Below, one piece after another: positions 10,600-20,308 of a DNA stretch of 64,000 nt (position 1 is the stretch's first letter; each line of letters opens with the position of its first letter). The position numbers were made by a program, and so were the translations under genes. The notes under the pieces are model-generated. The model had not been told where the DNA came from and did no database searches. It was given only the letters and a program-made list of their open reading frames with translations. The stretch is from Desulfobulbus sp. GTDB taxonomy: Bacteria; Desulfobacterota; Desulfobulbia; Desulfobulbales; Desulfobulbaceae. The stretch lies in the NCBI GenBank assembly GCA_009780825.1, contig WQZH01000007.1:52696-116695 (forward strand). The letters run 5' to 3'.

Positions 10600-11496
10600 C
10601 TAGTTCCGATGGAGTTGCTGCAAAACATGCTCCAATCCCTCTTGCCAGGGCGGCAGCCGCAGATTGAAGGTCTGCCGGAGCAGATCGATCGCCAACCGGG
10701 AGTTGGCCGGCCGGGCCGCCAGCGCTGGATACTCGGCCGTGGCGATCGGGTGGATGTTTTCCGAACGCAACGGCAAAACATGGCCAGAGCCACGGGCGAT
10801 GTCAACAACGGCTTTCGCATAGCCGAGCCACGTCGTTTCGCCGGCGGCAGTAAGGTTGTACAGGCCATAAGGAAATTCGCCCCGGCATGGACATCGCCGA
10901 TACTGTCCGAGGATCTGCGCGGTCACATCCGCCAGCAAGGCTGCCGAAGCAGGGGCCCCAAACTGGTCGTCGACCACCTTGAGTTCCTCGCGTTCCCTGG
11001 CTAGGCGCAGGATGGTTTTGACAAAATTGCCGCCCTGTGCGCCAAACACCCAACTCGTCCTGAAAATAAGATGTTGCGCCGTCTTCCGGACCAGCGCCTG
11101 CGTCCCCGCCGCCTTGCTTTTCCCGTAAACATTTAAAGGGCAAGGGCTGTCAGCCTCGGTATAGGCCTCTGATTTACGACCGTCAAACACATAATCGGTG
11201 CAATAGTGCACGACCAGGGCACCGAGCTTGACGGCCTCCTCGCCGATGATCTCAGGCGCGAGGCCGTTGACGGCAAAAGCCGCGTCCGGCTCCGATTCCG
11301 CTCGATCGACCGCCGTATAGGCGGCGGCATTGACTATGATCTCCGGCCGGCATTCCCGGATCAGGCCACGAATGGCCCGCTCATCAGCCAGATCGCATTC
11401 GGCATGTCCGACGGCATATATGTCGCCGAGCGGCGCTAGCGCCCGCTGCAACTCGAAACCGACTTGCCCGTTTCTGCCTGTTAAGAGGATCCGCAC
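10600..11496 (-). CDS. rmlD: dTDP-4-dehydrorhamnose reductase
   Basis: GTG start 2 nt after the rmlB stop; ILLTGRNGQVG, NAAAYTAVDRAE, TDYVFDG, YGKSK, VVDDQFG. Confidence 0.95.
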   Translation of the reverse strand: MRILLTGRNGQVGFELQRALAPLGDIYAVGHAECDLADERAIRGLIRECRPEIIVNAAAYTAVDRAESEPDAAFAVNGLAPEIIGEEAVKLGALVVHYCTDYVFDGRKSEAYTEADSPCPLNVYGKSKAAGTQALVRKTAQHLIFRTSWVFGAQGGNFVKTILRLAREREELKVVDDQFGAPASAALLADVTAQILGQYRRCPCRGEFPYGLYNLTAAGETTWLGYAKAVVDIARGSGHVLPLRSENIHPIATAEYPALAARPANSRLAIDLLRQTFNLRLPPWQEGLEHVLQQLHRN

Positions 11497-11498
11497 GG

Positions 11499-12560
11499 TC
11501 AGGGTCCGTAGTGTTGGGCCAGCCAGTTGCGGTAACTGCCGCTGGTCACGTTGCGCATCCATTGCTGATGGTCGAGATACCAACGCACGGTCCGCAGGAT
11601 GCCGGTTGCGAATGTTTCCGCCGGTTGCCAGCCCAATTCCCGTTCGATATGGCGCGCATCGATCGCATACCGCCGGTCATGGCCGGGCCGGTCCTGCACA
11701 AAGACGATCTGTTCCGCATAGAGGCGGCCATCATCCCTGGGGCGGAGTTCGTCCAGGATGCCGCAGAGCGTGGCGATGACCTCATGGTTGTTTTTCTCGC
11801 TCCAACCGCCGATATTGTACACCTCGCCCACCGTGCCGCCTTCCAGAACGCGCCGGATGGCGCTGCAGTGATCCCCGACATACAGCCAGTCGCGAATCTG
11901 CCGGCCGTCGCCATAGAGCGGCAGGGGCTTGCCGGCCAAGGCATGGTGCATGCACAGCGGAATCAGCTTTTCCGGAAACTGGTACGGCCCGTAGTTGTTG
12001 GAGCAATTGGTGGTCAATACCGGTAGGCCATAGGTATGGTGGTAGGCGCGCACCAAGTGGTCACTCGCCGCCTTGCTCGCCGAGTAGGGACTGTTGGGGG
12101 CATACCGGCTTGTCTCGGTGAAGGCCGGGGCATCGGCTGCCAGAGACCCGTACACCTCGTCTGTGGAGACATGCAGCAGGCGAAAACGTTCCCTGCCCCC
12201 TGCCGCAAGGCCGTTCCAATAGGTCCGCGCCGCCTCGAGCAGGCGGAAGGTGCCCACGATATTGGTCTGAATGAAGCCGTCCGGTCCGTGAATGCTGCGA
12301 TCGACATGCGTTTCCGCGGCGAAGTGGACAAGCGCCCGCGGTTGGTGGCTGGTCAACAGATGGGCGACGAGATCGAAATCGGCGATATCGCCCTTGACGA
12401 AAACATGCCGGCCGTCGCCCGCAAGCGAGGCGAGGTTTTCAAGATTGCCCGCATAGGTGAGGGCATCGAGGTTGATGACTGGTTCATCGGTGTGGTCAAA
12501 CCAGTCGAGAATGAAATTGCTGCCGATGAAGCCGGCTCCGCCGGTGACGAGTATGGACAT
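11499..12560 (-). CDS. rmlB: dTDP-glucose 4,6-dehydratase
   Basis: LVTGGAGFIGS, HFAAETHVDRSI, HVSTDEVYG, PNSPYSASK, SNNYGPYQFPEK, DRPGHD.RY. Confidence 0.97.
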   Translation of the reverse strand: MSILVTGGAGFIGSNFILDWFDHTDEPVINLDALTYAGNLENLASLAGDGRHVFVKGDIADFDLVAHLLTSHQPRALVHFAAETHVDRSIHGPDGFIQTNIVGTFRLLEAARTYWNGLAAGGRERFRLLHVSTDEVYGSLAADAPAFTETSRYAPNSPYSASKAASDHLVRAYHHTYGLPVLTTNCSNNYGPYQFPEKLIPLCMHHALAGKPLPLYGDGRQIRDWLYVGDHCSAIRRVLEGGTVGEVYNIGGWSEKNNHEVIATLCGILDELRPRDDGRLYAEQIVFVQDRPGHDRRYAIDARHIERELGWQPAETFATGILRTVRWYLDHQQWMRNVTSGSYRNWLAQHYGP

Positions 12561-13004
12561 GAGTGAGGCAAAGGTTGTGGGTATTTTTCCATCAAAAACA
12601 AACAAGACATTCTACAAACCTGGAGATCGTAGCGTCCTGGTCCCAAAAATCAAGCCCGACTTCTCGCTTTTTCTTTCCGCAGGATGCCGGTCACACCGGA
12701 AAATCGGGCTGGTATTCCGGAACAGTCGCCAGTGGGTCAAAATGTTGCTCGCCACGGTGACAACCACTCTCCTTGGTCAAAAATACGGCAATCGGTTCGA
12801 TTGTGCAGTACTTGCAAAAGAACAGGAATCGCCCGCGCCAATGTATGTCCCTGAAGAATACCAGCGCCCTCCTTACAGCCCATTCATGGGATACCGCCCA
12901 TTATATAATAGGAGGAAGCAGGAAAAAGCCTGGCAGGAAGCAGCGACATCGGACGGTGACGACCGTTTCAACGTCATGCCCCATGGGCGGGCCTAGGGCG
13001 GCGA

Positions 13005-13283
13005 TTACGTCCGCAGATCGGCATACTCCTTGTTCCGATCCATGAAGACAGCCACGTAGGAGCACTGCGGCACCACCTTTTTTCCCTGACGGCTGGCATC
13101 TTCCAGCGCATACCTGGTCAGGATCGCGGCAATATTTCTGCCCCGCAGCTCTGAGGGGACAAAGGTATGGGTGAAGACCAGCACGGAGTCGCCCTGTTCC
13201 ACATAGTCCAACACCGCGGTGTTTCCCTCGACGCTCAACTCGAAGCGCTTCATCAGCTCATTCTTTTTCGGCTCGTTTTCCAT
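13005..13283 (-). CDS. Small GNAT-family acetyltransferase (YjdJ-like)
   Basis: RFEL..G..A.LDY, FTHTFVP.ELRG..IA, and VVPQCSYV are typical of this family; purine-rich RBS before ATG 13283. Confidence 0.85.
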   Translation of the reverse strand: MENEPKKNELMKRFELSVEGNTAVLDYVEQGDSVLVFTHTFVPSELRGRNIAAILTRYALEDASRQGKKVVPQCSYVAVFMDRNKEYADLRT

Positions 13284-13474
13284 ATCGCCACCCCCTCGTG
13301 CGCTCAATATTCGCCACCACCCCAGAATCGGCTGGCAAGTGCCGCCGCAGATCGATTCGGGCGCGGAACATATCTGCCGGCTGCTCAGGTTTCCTTCCCG
13401 ACCGATCCATGGTACACTGGCACAACCAACGCAACCACCTGAAAACAGCCTCTCTTCCTGCACATTGACGGACA

Positions 13475-14652
13475 ATGCAATCTCTCCGGCGCACAGTAAG
13501 AAACCGCTTTCCCCTGCCCAGACGCATATCTTTCCTCAAGAGACTCTCCGGCGTTGCCTGCCTGCACCATAACAAAGTTACCCTTCTTCCGCACGGAGGG
13601 GATTTTTTCCCCGCCCTCTTTCAGGCCGTAGCCAAGGCTGTCACGGCCATCTGCGCGGAATTCTACATCATCCGAGCCGACAAGACCGGCGAGGCCTTTG
13701 CTCAGGCCCTTCAGGAGGCGGCCGTGCGTGGGGTCGAGGTCTCTCTTGTCTACGACGCTATCGGCTGTTTCGACACCCCTGTCTCCTATTTTCAGCGGCT
13801 GCAGGCCGCCGGCGTCCACTGTCTGCCGTCCAACAAACCGGCTCTCTCCCGGCTGCGTTGGCTCGATCTCCGCAATCACCGCAAGATGGTCATCGTCGAT
13901 GGCACCACAGCCTTTCTCGGCGGGCTCAACATCGGCGACGAATACGCGGGATATGGGGACAGTTACGAGCATTGGCGCGATGTCGGCATCCGGCTCAATG
14001 GACCGGTGGCCGGAGAATTGCAACGACTATTCCGCCATGGCTGGCTCCAGGAGGGCGGTGCCGGCACTCCGGGACAGCACGTCCCCCAACCCTGGTCCGC
14101 AGGTGACAGCGATGTGATCATCATCAATGGCTCTCCCCATTACAACCGGTCATTGATCCATAATGCCTTCCGGTTGGCCATGGCTGGCACCTCCCACCGC
14201 ATCCAGATCATCACCCCCTATTTCCTTCCTGGCCCAAAGGTGATCCGTTCCCTGTTGCGGGCCGTCGAACGCGGCACCCAAGTCCAGATGATCCTGCCTT
14301 CAATCAGTGCGCGCCTATCGTTCAAATGATGAGCCGCGCCTATCTCAAACCGCTGATGGCCGCCGGCGTGGAGGTCTATGCCCGCCTGGGCACCATTCTC
14401 CATGCCAAAATGATGCTCATTGACAGCTGCTGGGTGACACTGGGGTCGGCCAATTTTGATTTCCGCAGTTTCCACCGCAACTTCGAAACCAACGTCATCA
14501 TCGACACCCATGCCTTTGGTCTCCAAATGGAGGCACTGTTCAATGAGGAATTGGCGCTGTCAAAACGGCTGTCCTTGACCGACCACCTGGCCGCCACTTG
14601 GTTGGGACGACTTTGGGAATGGCTGCTGACCCCCTTGAACCGCTTCCTCTGA
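13475..14652 (+). pseudogene. clsB: Cardiolipin synthase (ClsB-like, two HKD motifs), split by a 1-nt deletion at about 14309
   Basis: First HKD (RNHRKMVIVDG) in 13475..14329 and second (LHAKMMLID..GSANFD.RS) in 14326..14652. Adding one base after 14309 restores PSISxAPIVQMMSRAYL. Confidence 0.85.
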
Positions 14653-14841
14653 CCCACATCCCGGATTGCCAGGCAGTTCGGGAAATCCACCCCATGCAGG
14701 GCTTGATTTTAGGCTCGTCTAGTGGTATCCATTATTTTTTGTACCTGTTGACTCGCCCATGGATGCGCCCTTGGGCGCTCCTCTTATACCCGGCATCTCG
14801 CGGTCGCTTCATCTCAGCAGAGCCCGCACGACAATCTCATC

Positions 14842-16470
14842 ATGGCAACCTACTGCATTGGTATCGACACCGGCGGCACCTACACCGACGCCGTTCTTCT
14901 GGACATTTCTTCCGGCCAAGTGGTCAGCTGGCGCAAGGAGCGGACCACTCCCCATGACCTCAGCCTCGGTGTGGGCCGGGCCTTGCGAGGTTTACTCCGG
15001 CAATCCGTTCCTGCGCATGAGGTGGCGGGATTGGCTGTTTCCACCACCCTGGCCACCAACGCGGTGGTCGAGGGACGGGGCGCCAGGGTGGGTTTGTTCG
15101 TGCTCGGTTATGTCCGGCATTTCAAGCTGCCGGTGGTGGCCAACATCTTTCTCAAAGGCGGCCACACCATTACCGGCGAGGAAGACGAGTCCCTGGACAT
15201 CGAAGGGCTGGTCGATACCTTGCCGGCGCTGGCCAGCGAAGTGGACAGCTATGCCGTCTGCGGGGCCATGTCGATCAAAAATCCCACCCATGAGCTGGTG
15301 GCCCGCGAAGCCATCCGGCTGATTGATCCGAAACCGGTTTTCTGTTCCCATCTGGTGTCCAGCCATCCGGGCATGCTCGAACGCTCGGCTACCGCCTGCC
15401 TCCATGCCAGGATGATGCCGTTGATGACCGATTTCCTTGCCTCGATTCAACGCTCCATGCTGGCCACAGGGCTCGATTGCCCGGTCACGATCATCTGCGG
15501 CAACGGCCGCGGCGAGGCGCTGGACCGGATAGCCGACCAAGCAGCCGTCACCATGGCCAGCGGACCAGCGGCCACCGCCCGTTTCGGCGCCGCCTGCGGT
15601 TTCGACTCGGCCCTGGTGGTCGATGTCGGCGGCACCACCACCGATGTGTGCCTGATTAAAGACGGCGGGCCACTACTCAATCGTAAGGGATGCAGCATCG
15701 GCGAATGGCGCACCCATATCGAAGCAGTGGACATGTACACCGCCGGTGCCGGTGGCGACAGCCATGTCATCTGCCAACGGGATGGCCGCATCACTCTGGG
15801 CAGCACCCGCGTCCAGCCGCTGGCCATGACCCAGGATCTTCCAGACCCGCGTCTATGGCTCAACCGGGACACCGATACCTATTTGGCCCTGCCGGTTGCA
15901 GACCTGGATCCAGAGGTGATTCGCGACGACAGTCTCTTGCGCTACCTGGCGCAGCACGGACCAACACCGCCCAGTGTCCTCGCGGCTCAGATGGGCACCA
16001 GCACGCTCCTCTTGGAAAAAAGGCTGGAACGGCTGATGGTGCTCCAGCGGGTCGTCCTGGCGGGCTTCACTCCCACCGACGCCCTGCACGCGCTGGGGCG
16101 TCTCGACATCGGCCATGGATCGTCGAGCCGCAGCGGCACCGAGATGCTGGCCACGCAAACAGGATTGACCACCGAGGCTTTCTGCCGACAGGTTGTTACC
16201 GAGACTGAAACAGCCATCGAAACCATCCTCCTCTCCTACTTGGCCCGAACGGTCTGGCAGGACAGCCTGAGCGCGCCACTGCTCGACCGGCGCGACAACA
16301 GTCTGTTCTCCGTGCGGTTCACCCTGAAATTGCCGATCATCGGCATAGGAGCGGCTGCGCGATGCTTTCTCCCTGGTGTAGCCGAGCGGCTGGGCACCGC
16401 CGCTGTCTTTCCCGAGCACTGCGAAGTGGGCAATGCCGTCGGCGCAGCCTTGATCGCCATGCACGGTTGA
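14842..16470 (+). CDS. Hydantoinase/oxoprolinase family protein
   Basis: IGIDTGGTYTDAV, STTLATNAVVEG, SGPAA, VDVGGTTTD, GAGGDS, GNAVGA. Confidence 0.88.
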   Translation: MATYCIGIDTGGTYTDAVLLDISSGQVVSWRKERTTPHDLSLGVGRALRGLLRQSVPAHEVAGLAVSTTLATNAVVEGRGARVGLFVLGYVRHFKLPVVANIFLKGGHTITGEEDESLDIEGLVDTLPALASEVDSYAVCGAMSIKNPTHELVAREAIRLIDPKPVFCSHLVSSHPGMLERSATACLHARMMPLMTDFLASIQRSMLATGLDCPVTIICGNGRGEALDRIADQAAVTMASGPAATARFGAACGFDSALVVDVGGTTTDVCLIKDGGPLLNRKGCSIGEWRTHIEAVDMYTAGAGGDSHVICQRDGRITLGSTRVQPLAMTQDLPDPRLWLNRDTDTYLALPVADLDPEVIRDDSLLRYLAQHGPTPPSVLAAQMGTSTLLLEKRLERLMVLQRVVLAGFTPTDALHALGRLDIGHGSSSRSGTEMLATQTGLTTEAFCRQVVTETETAIETILLSYLARTVWQDSLSAPLLDRRDNSLFSVRFTLKLPIIGIGAAARCFLPGVAERLGTAAVFPEHCEVGNAVGAALIAMHG

Positions 16471-16571
16471 ATACAGCGGCACCGCCCGGCCGGGCCGATC
16501 TTTTTTCTTTACATCTACCCTATTCTGGTTCTTGCTGAGGGGGAATATCAGCTATCAAGGGATGAATCCGC

Positions 16572-17270
16572 ATGGATATTCTGCTCAGCCAACTCGATAT
16601 CTATTTGCAGTCCTCGCTGTTCGTCTCGCTGCTCATCGCCTTTCTCGGAGGCGTCCTCTCCAGCCTGACCCCCTGTGTCTATCCGATGATTCCCATCACC
16701 GTCGGCGTCATCGGCCACGCCAATATCGGCGGATCCAGGTGGCGGGGTTTTTCTCTGTCCCTGATTTATGTGGCAGGCATGGCGTGCACCTACACCGCCC
16801 TCGGGATTTTTGCCGCCGCGACCGGCCGCCTTTTTGGGACCATCAGCAGCAACCCCTGGACTTTTCTGGCGGTCGGCAATGTTGTGCTCCTCTTCGGCCT
16901 GACCATGCTTGATGCGGTGCCGATGCCCGCCTTTTCCAACCGCCTGGCCACCGCCCGCCTGGATTTGAGCGGCATCTTCCTGGCCGGCATCGTCTCGGGT
17001 CTGGTGGCCGGCCCCTGTACCACGCCGGTCTTGGGCAGCCTGCTGGCCTATACCGCCACTGCCCAAAGCCTGGTCGCGGGCGGGCTGCTGCTGTTCGTCT
17101 TTTCCCTAGGCATGGGAATGCTCCTCCTCGGAGTGGGGACCTTTTCCAGCTTGCTGGCCGCCCTGCCCCGTTCCGGCCCCTGGATGGTGCTGATCAAAAA
17201 AACCATGGGGATATTCATGCTGCTCATTGCTCAATATTTCTTTGTCAAGGCCGGTTCGCTCTTCCTCTGA
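16572..17270 (+). CDS. ccdA: Cytochrome c biogenesis / disulfide-exchange membrane protein (CcdA/DsbD TM domain)
   Basis: GGVLSSLTPCVYPMIP and AGPCTTPVLG carry the two conserved Cys; hydrophobic helices. Confidence 0.88.
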   Translation: MDILLSQLDIYLQSSLFVSLLIAFLGGVLSSLTPCVYPMIPITVGVIGHANIGGSRWRGFSLSLIYVAGMACTYTALGIFAAATGRLFGTISSNPWTFLAVGNVVLLFGLTMLDAVPMPAFSNRLATARLDLSGIFLAGIVSGLVAGPCTTPVLGSLLAYTATAQSLVAGGLLLFVFSLGMGMLLLGVGTFSSLLAALPRSGPWMVLIKKTMGIFMLLIAQYFFVKAGSLFL

Positions 17271-17319
17271 AACATGCCGACGCCTTTTTTTCATTCCATC
17301 GAAACCTTGGATAGATCCC

Positions 17320-17817
17320 ATGCGCCATCCCTTGATGAACAGTTTGCTGCTCCTGGCACTCCTGCTCCTGCTGCCCAACGCCACGGCAGCGGCCCAACTC
17401 GGCCAACCTCTGATCCCATTCCGGGGGGTCGATCTGAACGGCCAGCCCTATGATGTCCAGGCATTCATCGGCAACAAGCCGATCGTCCTTGTTTTCTGGG
17501 CTTCTTGGTGCCCGGTCTGCAGGGATGAGGTGCCCAAGGTCAACCAGCTGGCAGCAAAATATCAGGCCCGGGGCATGGAATTTTTGTCAGTGAACATCGG
17601 CGCCAACGATTCGGTCGAACGCGCCCAGGCCTTTGTCCGCAAGACCGGCATGACCTACCCCACCTATTTCGACGGTTCAGGCGTTATTTCCCAAAAGTAT
17701 CGGATACAGGGCGTACCGACGGTCATCGTTTCCGACAGACACGGGATCATCCGCTTCCGCAACTTCGCCACTCCCAATATTTCCGAAGCGAACTTTGCCG
17801 CGCTGATGGCGGATTGA
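17320..17817 (+). CDS. TlpA-family thiol-disulfide oxidoreductase, exported
   Basis: Signal-like N-terminus, FWASWCPVC (CxxC), YRIQGVPT. Confidence 0.9.
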   Translation: MRHPLMNSLLLLALLLLLPNATAAAQLGQPLIPFRGVDLNGQPYDVQAFIGNKPIVLVFWASWCPVCRDEVPKVNQLAAKYQARGMEFLSVNIGANDSVERAQAFVRKTGMTYPTYFDGSGVISQKYRIQGVPTVIVSDRHGIIRFRNFATPNISEANFAALMAD

Positions 17818-17823
17818 AAAAAC

Positions 17824-18249
17824 TCAGGGTTCGTTGGTTGGATCGACCACTGGATAGGCATCCCGGACTTCCGGCGGGATGGTCATCGGTTTGCCGGTGA
17901 GCAGGTCGCAAAAGATAAACAGGGTTTCGGCGGTGGCCAGCACAACCCCGTCGCCTGAGCGGATGAACTTGTACTTGCGCAGAGAGCGGAATTTGCGGAA
18001 ATCCGTGACCCAGGTCAGAATCACAATGGGTTCCCCGAGATAGGCCGAGTGGTGATATTCAATGGCATGCGAGCGGATGATCCATGTCCTGCCGATGGCG
18101 GCGTACCGTTCCTGGGGCCAGCCCTGTGCGGCTGAATGCGCCATGGCCGCGTCCTGCATCCACTGAACGTACTGGACGTTGTTGACGTGGCCGTTGATAT
18201 CGATAGCCGTTGCCGGCACCACCATCTCTATCCTGCCGATACCTGCCAT
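17824..18249 (-). CDS. Acyl-CoA thioesterase (4HBT/hotdog fold)
   Basis: IDINGHVNNVQY motif. Confidence 0.88.
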   Translation of the reverse strand: MAGIGRIEMVVPATAIDINGHVNNVQYVQWMQDAAMAHSAAQGWPQERYAAIGRTWIIRSHAIEYHHSAYLGEPIVILTWVTDFRKFRSLRKYKFIRSGDGVVLATAETLFIFCDLLTGKPMTIPPEVRDAYPVVDPTNEP

Positions 18250-18250
18250 A

Positions 18251-19642
18251 TCATTTCACCGCAGCCGGCTGATCGAATCCGGCGAGATTCCGCCCTGTGG
18301 CGGCAAGCAGCCGCTGCTGGGCAAGATGATAGCCGACCAGCGCCTGGGCCAGCCGGCCATTGGTGGCGACAAGGTCTCGTTGCGCCTCGTTGAGCCTGAT
18401 GAGCGGAGCCTCGCCCGCCGCATACTCGTTTTGGGCCAGATCGCGGTTCTCCGCCACCAATTTGACCGTCTCCCGTTGCAGGCGAACTTGCTCCTGGGCG
18501 GCGGCCAGGAGCGCGAGAGCCTGACGGATCTCGGCGGCCGCACTGTTCCGCAGCCCGGCCAAGGTAAATATCGCCTCCCGTCTGGTCTGCTCGGCCTCGA
18601 TGAGCCTGGCCTTGTCGGCGCCGCCGGCGTACAGGTTCCAGCTCATGTTCACCCCCACCGTGTTCCCGAAGTCGTCATGGGTCAGATGCGCATTCCCTTC
18701 GCGTAAACCCCCGACAGCGCCGCCCAGTTGGAGCTTGGGGTAAAATGGCGCCTTGGCCATGCCGGTTCCGGCCTCCGCCTGTTTGACCACCATCTCCAAT
18801 TGGCGGATATCGGGGCGGGTTGCACAGGCCCCTTTGATCAAGGCTTCTGGCTCTTCCTTCAGTTCGGCCATGACGATATCCTTATCCAGGGAGGCCAGCC
18901 GCGTGTGGGATGGAAGCGCTGCGTCGGGCAGGCCCAGCAGGGCCGCCAATCCGTAGCCCGCCGCCTCAAATTCCTGCTGCGACTGGATCAAACCGGCCTT
19001 GGCCGAATTGACCTGGACCCTGATATTGAGGACATCTCCCCAAGGACCGGCCCCGATCTTGAACCGGTTCTGCGCTTCTTTGAGTTGTTGTTGGTAAAAT
19101 GTTTCATCGACTTGGTTGATGTCGATATAGGTTTGGGACAGTTGGGCGTTGAGGAAGGCCTCGGCCACCGCGTTGGCCAACAGCCGGCGGCTGTCTGCCA
19201 GCCCAGCATCTGCCGCCTGCTCGCCGTACATGGCCTGCTGCTCCTTGAAGTTGCGGTAGAAGCCGTCGAACAGGAGCCACGTGGCCTGAATGCCGGAGGA
19301 GTAGACAATTGGGTTCCGATCCACGCTCCCCCCCATCCGCTCGGCCAGGCCATGGAGGAGCTGGTAGCCGTTCTCGGAAAGGTGCAGCCGGGTTCCGGAG
19401 CCGTTGACATCCAGGCTCGGCCACCACGTAGCCGCCGCCTGCCGTACCCTGGCCCGCGCCTGTTCGATGCGCGCCTGGGCCGCCGCCATGTTGGGATTGC
19501 CGCCCAGGGCGATCGACTGCGCGGTCCTGAGATCCAGCACCTTGACCTTGTCCAGATCAGGAACTGGCGGCTGTTCCATGGCATGGGCGGCGACCTCCAG
19601 GCAAGAGATCAGCGCCACTATCCCCACCAATATCCGTCGCAT
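18251..19642 (-). CDS. TolC-family outer membrane efflux protein
   Basis: Signal peptide; ALGGNPNM, WWPSLD, PFYPKL, MSWNLYAGG and NEYAAG repeats typical of OEP; GGAGG RBS. Confidence 0.9.
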   Translation of the reverse strand: MRRILVGIVALISCLEVAAHAMEQPPVPDLDKVKVLDLRTAQSIALGGNPNMAAAQARIEQARARVRQAAATWWPSLDVNGSGTRLHLSENGYQLLHGLAERMGGSVDRNPIVYSSGIQATWLLFDGFYRNFKEQQAMYGEQAADAGLADSRRLLANAVAEAFLNAQLSQTYIDINQVDETFYQQQLKEAQNRFKIGAGPWGDVLNIRVQVNSAKAGLIQSQQEFEAAGYGLAALLGLPDAALPSHTRLASLDKDIVMAELKEEPEALIKGACATRPDIRQLEMVVKQAEAGTGMAKAPFYPKLQLGGAVGGLREGNAHLTHDDFGNTVGVNMSWNLYAGGADKARLIEAEQTRREAIFTLAGLRNSAAAEIRQALALLAAAQEQVRLQRETVKLVAENRDLAQNEYAAGEAPLIRLNEAQRDLVATNGRLAQALVGYHLAQQRLLAATGRNLAGFDQPAAVK

Positions 19643-19779
19643 GTTTCCTCCGGTGCAGCGGGAGCGCCGCCCCCCGTCATTGCTCCTCAAATCCCCGTGC
19701 CATCTTCATCTGCCCGCCGTTCCGGTTCAGGCCGCAGCAGATTCGGCACTATAAACCACTTTCCCCGAGAGAGGATACA

Positions 19780-19805
19780 AGAAAAAAAGCCCTCCGGAAG
19801 GGTGT
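19780..19805 (-). terminator. Intrinsic terminator upstream of tolC
   Basis: Minus strand accctt-ccgg-agggc followed by T7. Confidence 0.55.
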
Positions 19806-20099
19806 CTGTTGCGACTTGTCTTACGGATGGTTGGGATGGAAGACGGGTTGAGGGAGGAAGGGCATTTGGCCGATCTGTTGCCGCACCGGGAAACAATCGA
19901 GGGCCGGTCGACCCAAAGACACGGCAGGTCTTGGAGAAATGGAGCTTCGGACTTGCAATGCCCCAGCATCTTAGCGATGACTGGGGCAGGACTTATACGC
20001 TGGGCATTGCCCGCGCCGGGTTCCAGGTTGATCAGATCACCAAAGGCCGCCTGCCGACCTTTGGCGCCCATACCGGCGGCTGCCGGCAAAGAACAGGAA

Positions 20100-20133
20100 A
20101 AAGATGTGCGGCTCGAATAGAGGCCGCTTCTCG
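20100..20133 (-). terminator. Probable terminator of the cyd operon
   Basis: gcggc(c)tc-tattc-gagccgc stem followed by acatcttttt, directly after the small ORF. Confidence 0.45.
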
Positions 20134-20134
20134 C

Positions 20135-20230
20135 TCAGTACAGTTCCAGTTTCCGCAGTAACTGAATAGCGACGCAATAGCTTACCGCCAGCACGGCCAC
20201 CCAGGCAATCAATGAGAAAGTGGTCATCAT
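20135..20230 (-). CDS. 31-aa single-helix membrane protein after cydB (candidate cytochrome bd small subunit)
   Basis: AAGGAG RBS, then MMTTFSLIAWVAVLAVSYCVAIQLLRKLELY*. Below the ORF-track cutoff. Confidence 0.7.
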   Translation of the reverse strand: MMTTFSLIAWVAVLAVSYCVAIQLLRKLELY

Positions 20231-20258
20231 AGGTGTTGCTCCTTCGAATTATTTGACA

Positions 20259-20289
20259 TCTGGAAGAGGCGCTTTTCGCCTCTTCCAGA
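20259..20289. other. Perfect 13-bp hairpin between cydB and the small ORF
   Basis: tctggaagaggcg-ctttt-cgcctcttccaga, with no U-tract on the minus strand. Confidence 0.7.
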
Positions 20290-20308
20290 AAGAGTGGACA
20301 GATCCCTC

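Noticed and set aside
12561-13000. ops/JUMPstart element before rmlB
   Set aside because: Only a partial GGCGGTA match (GGCGGTAT) was found, without the rest of the consensus.
13418-13433. Sigma54 promoter before clsB (TGGCAC-N5-ACGCA)
   Set aside because: The -12 element lacks the TTGC consensus; too weak to call.
14705-14790. tRNA-like start (ggctcgtctagtggta)
   Set aside because: No T-arm (TTCGA), acceptor stem or cloverleaf follows.
19727-20089. 120-aa minus-strand ORF upstream of tolC
   Set aside because: No RBS or recognisable motif, and it runs through a terminator.
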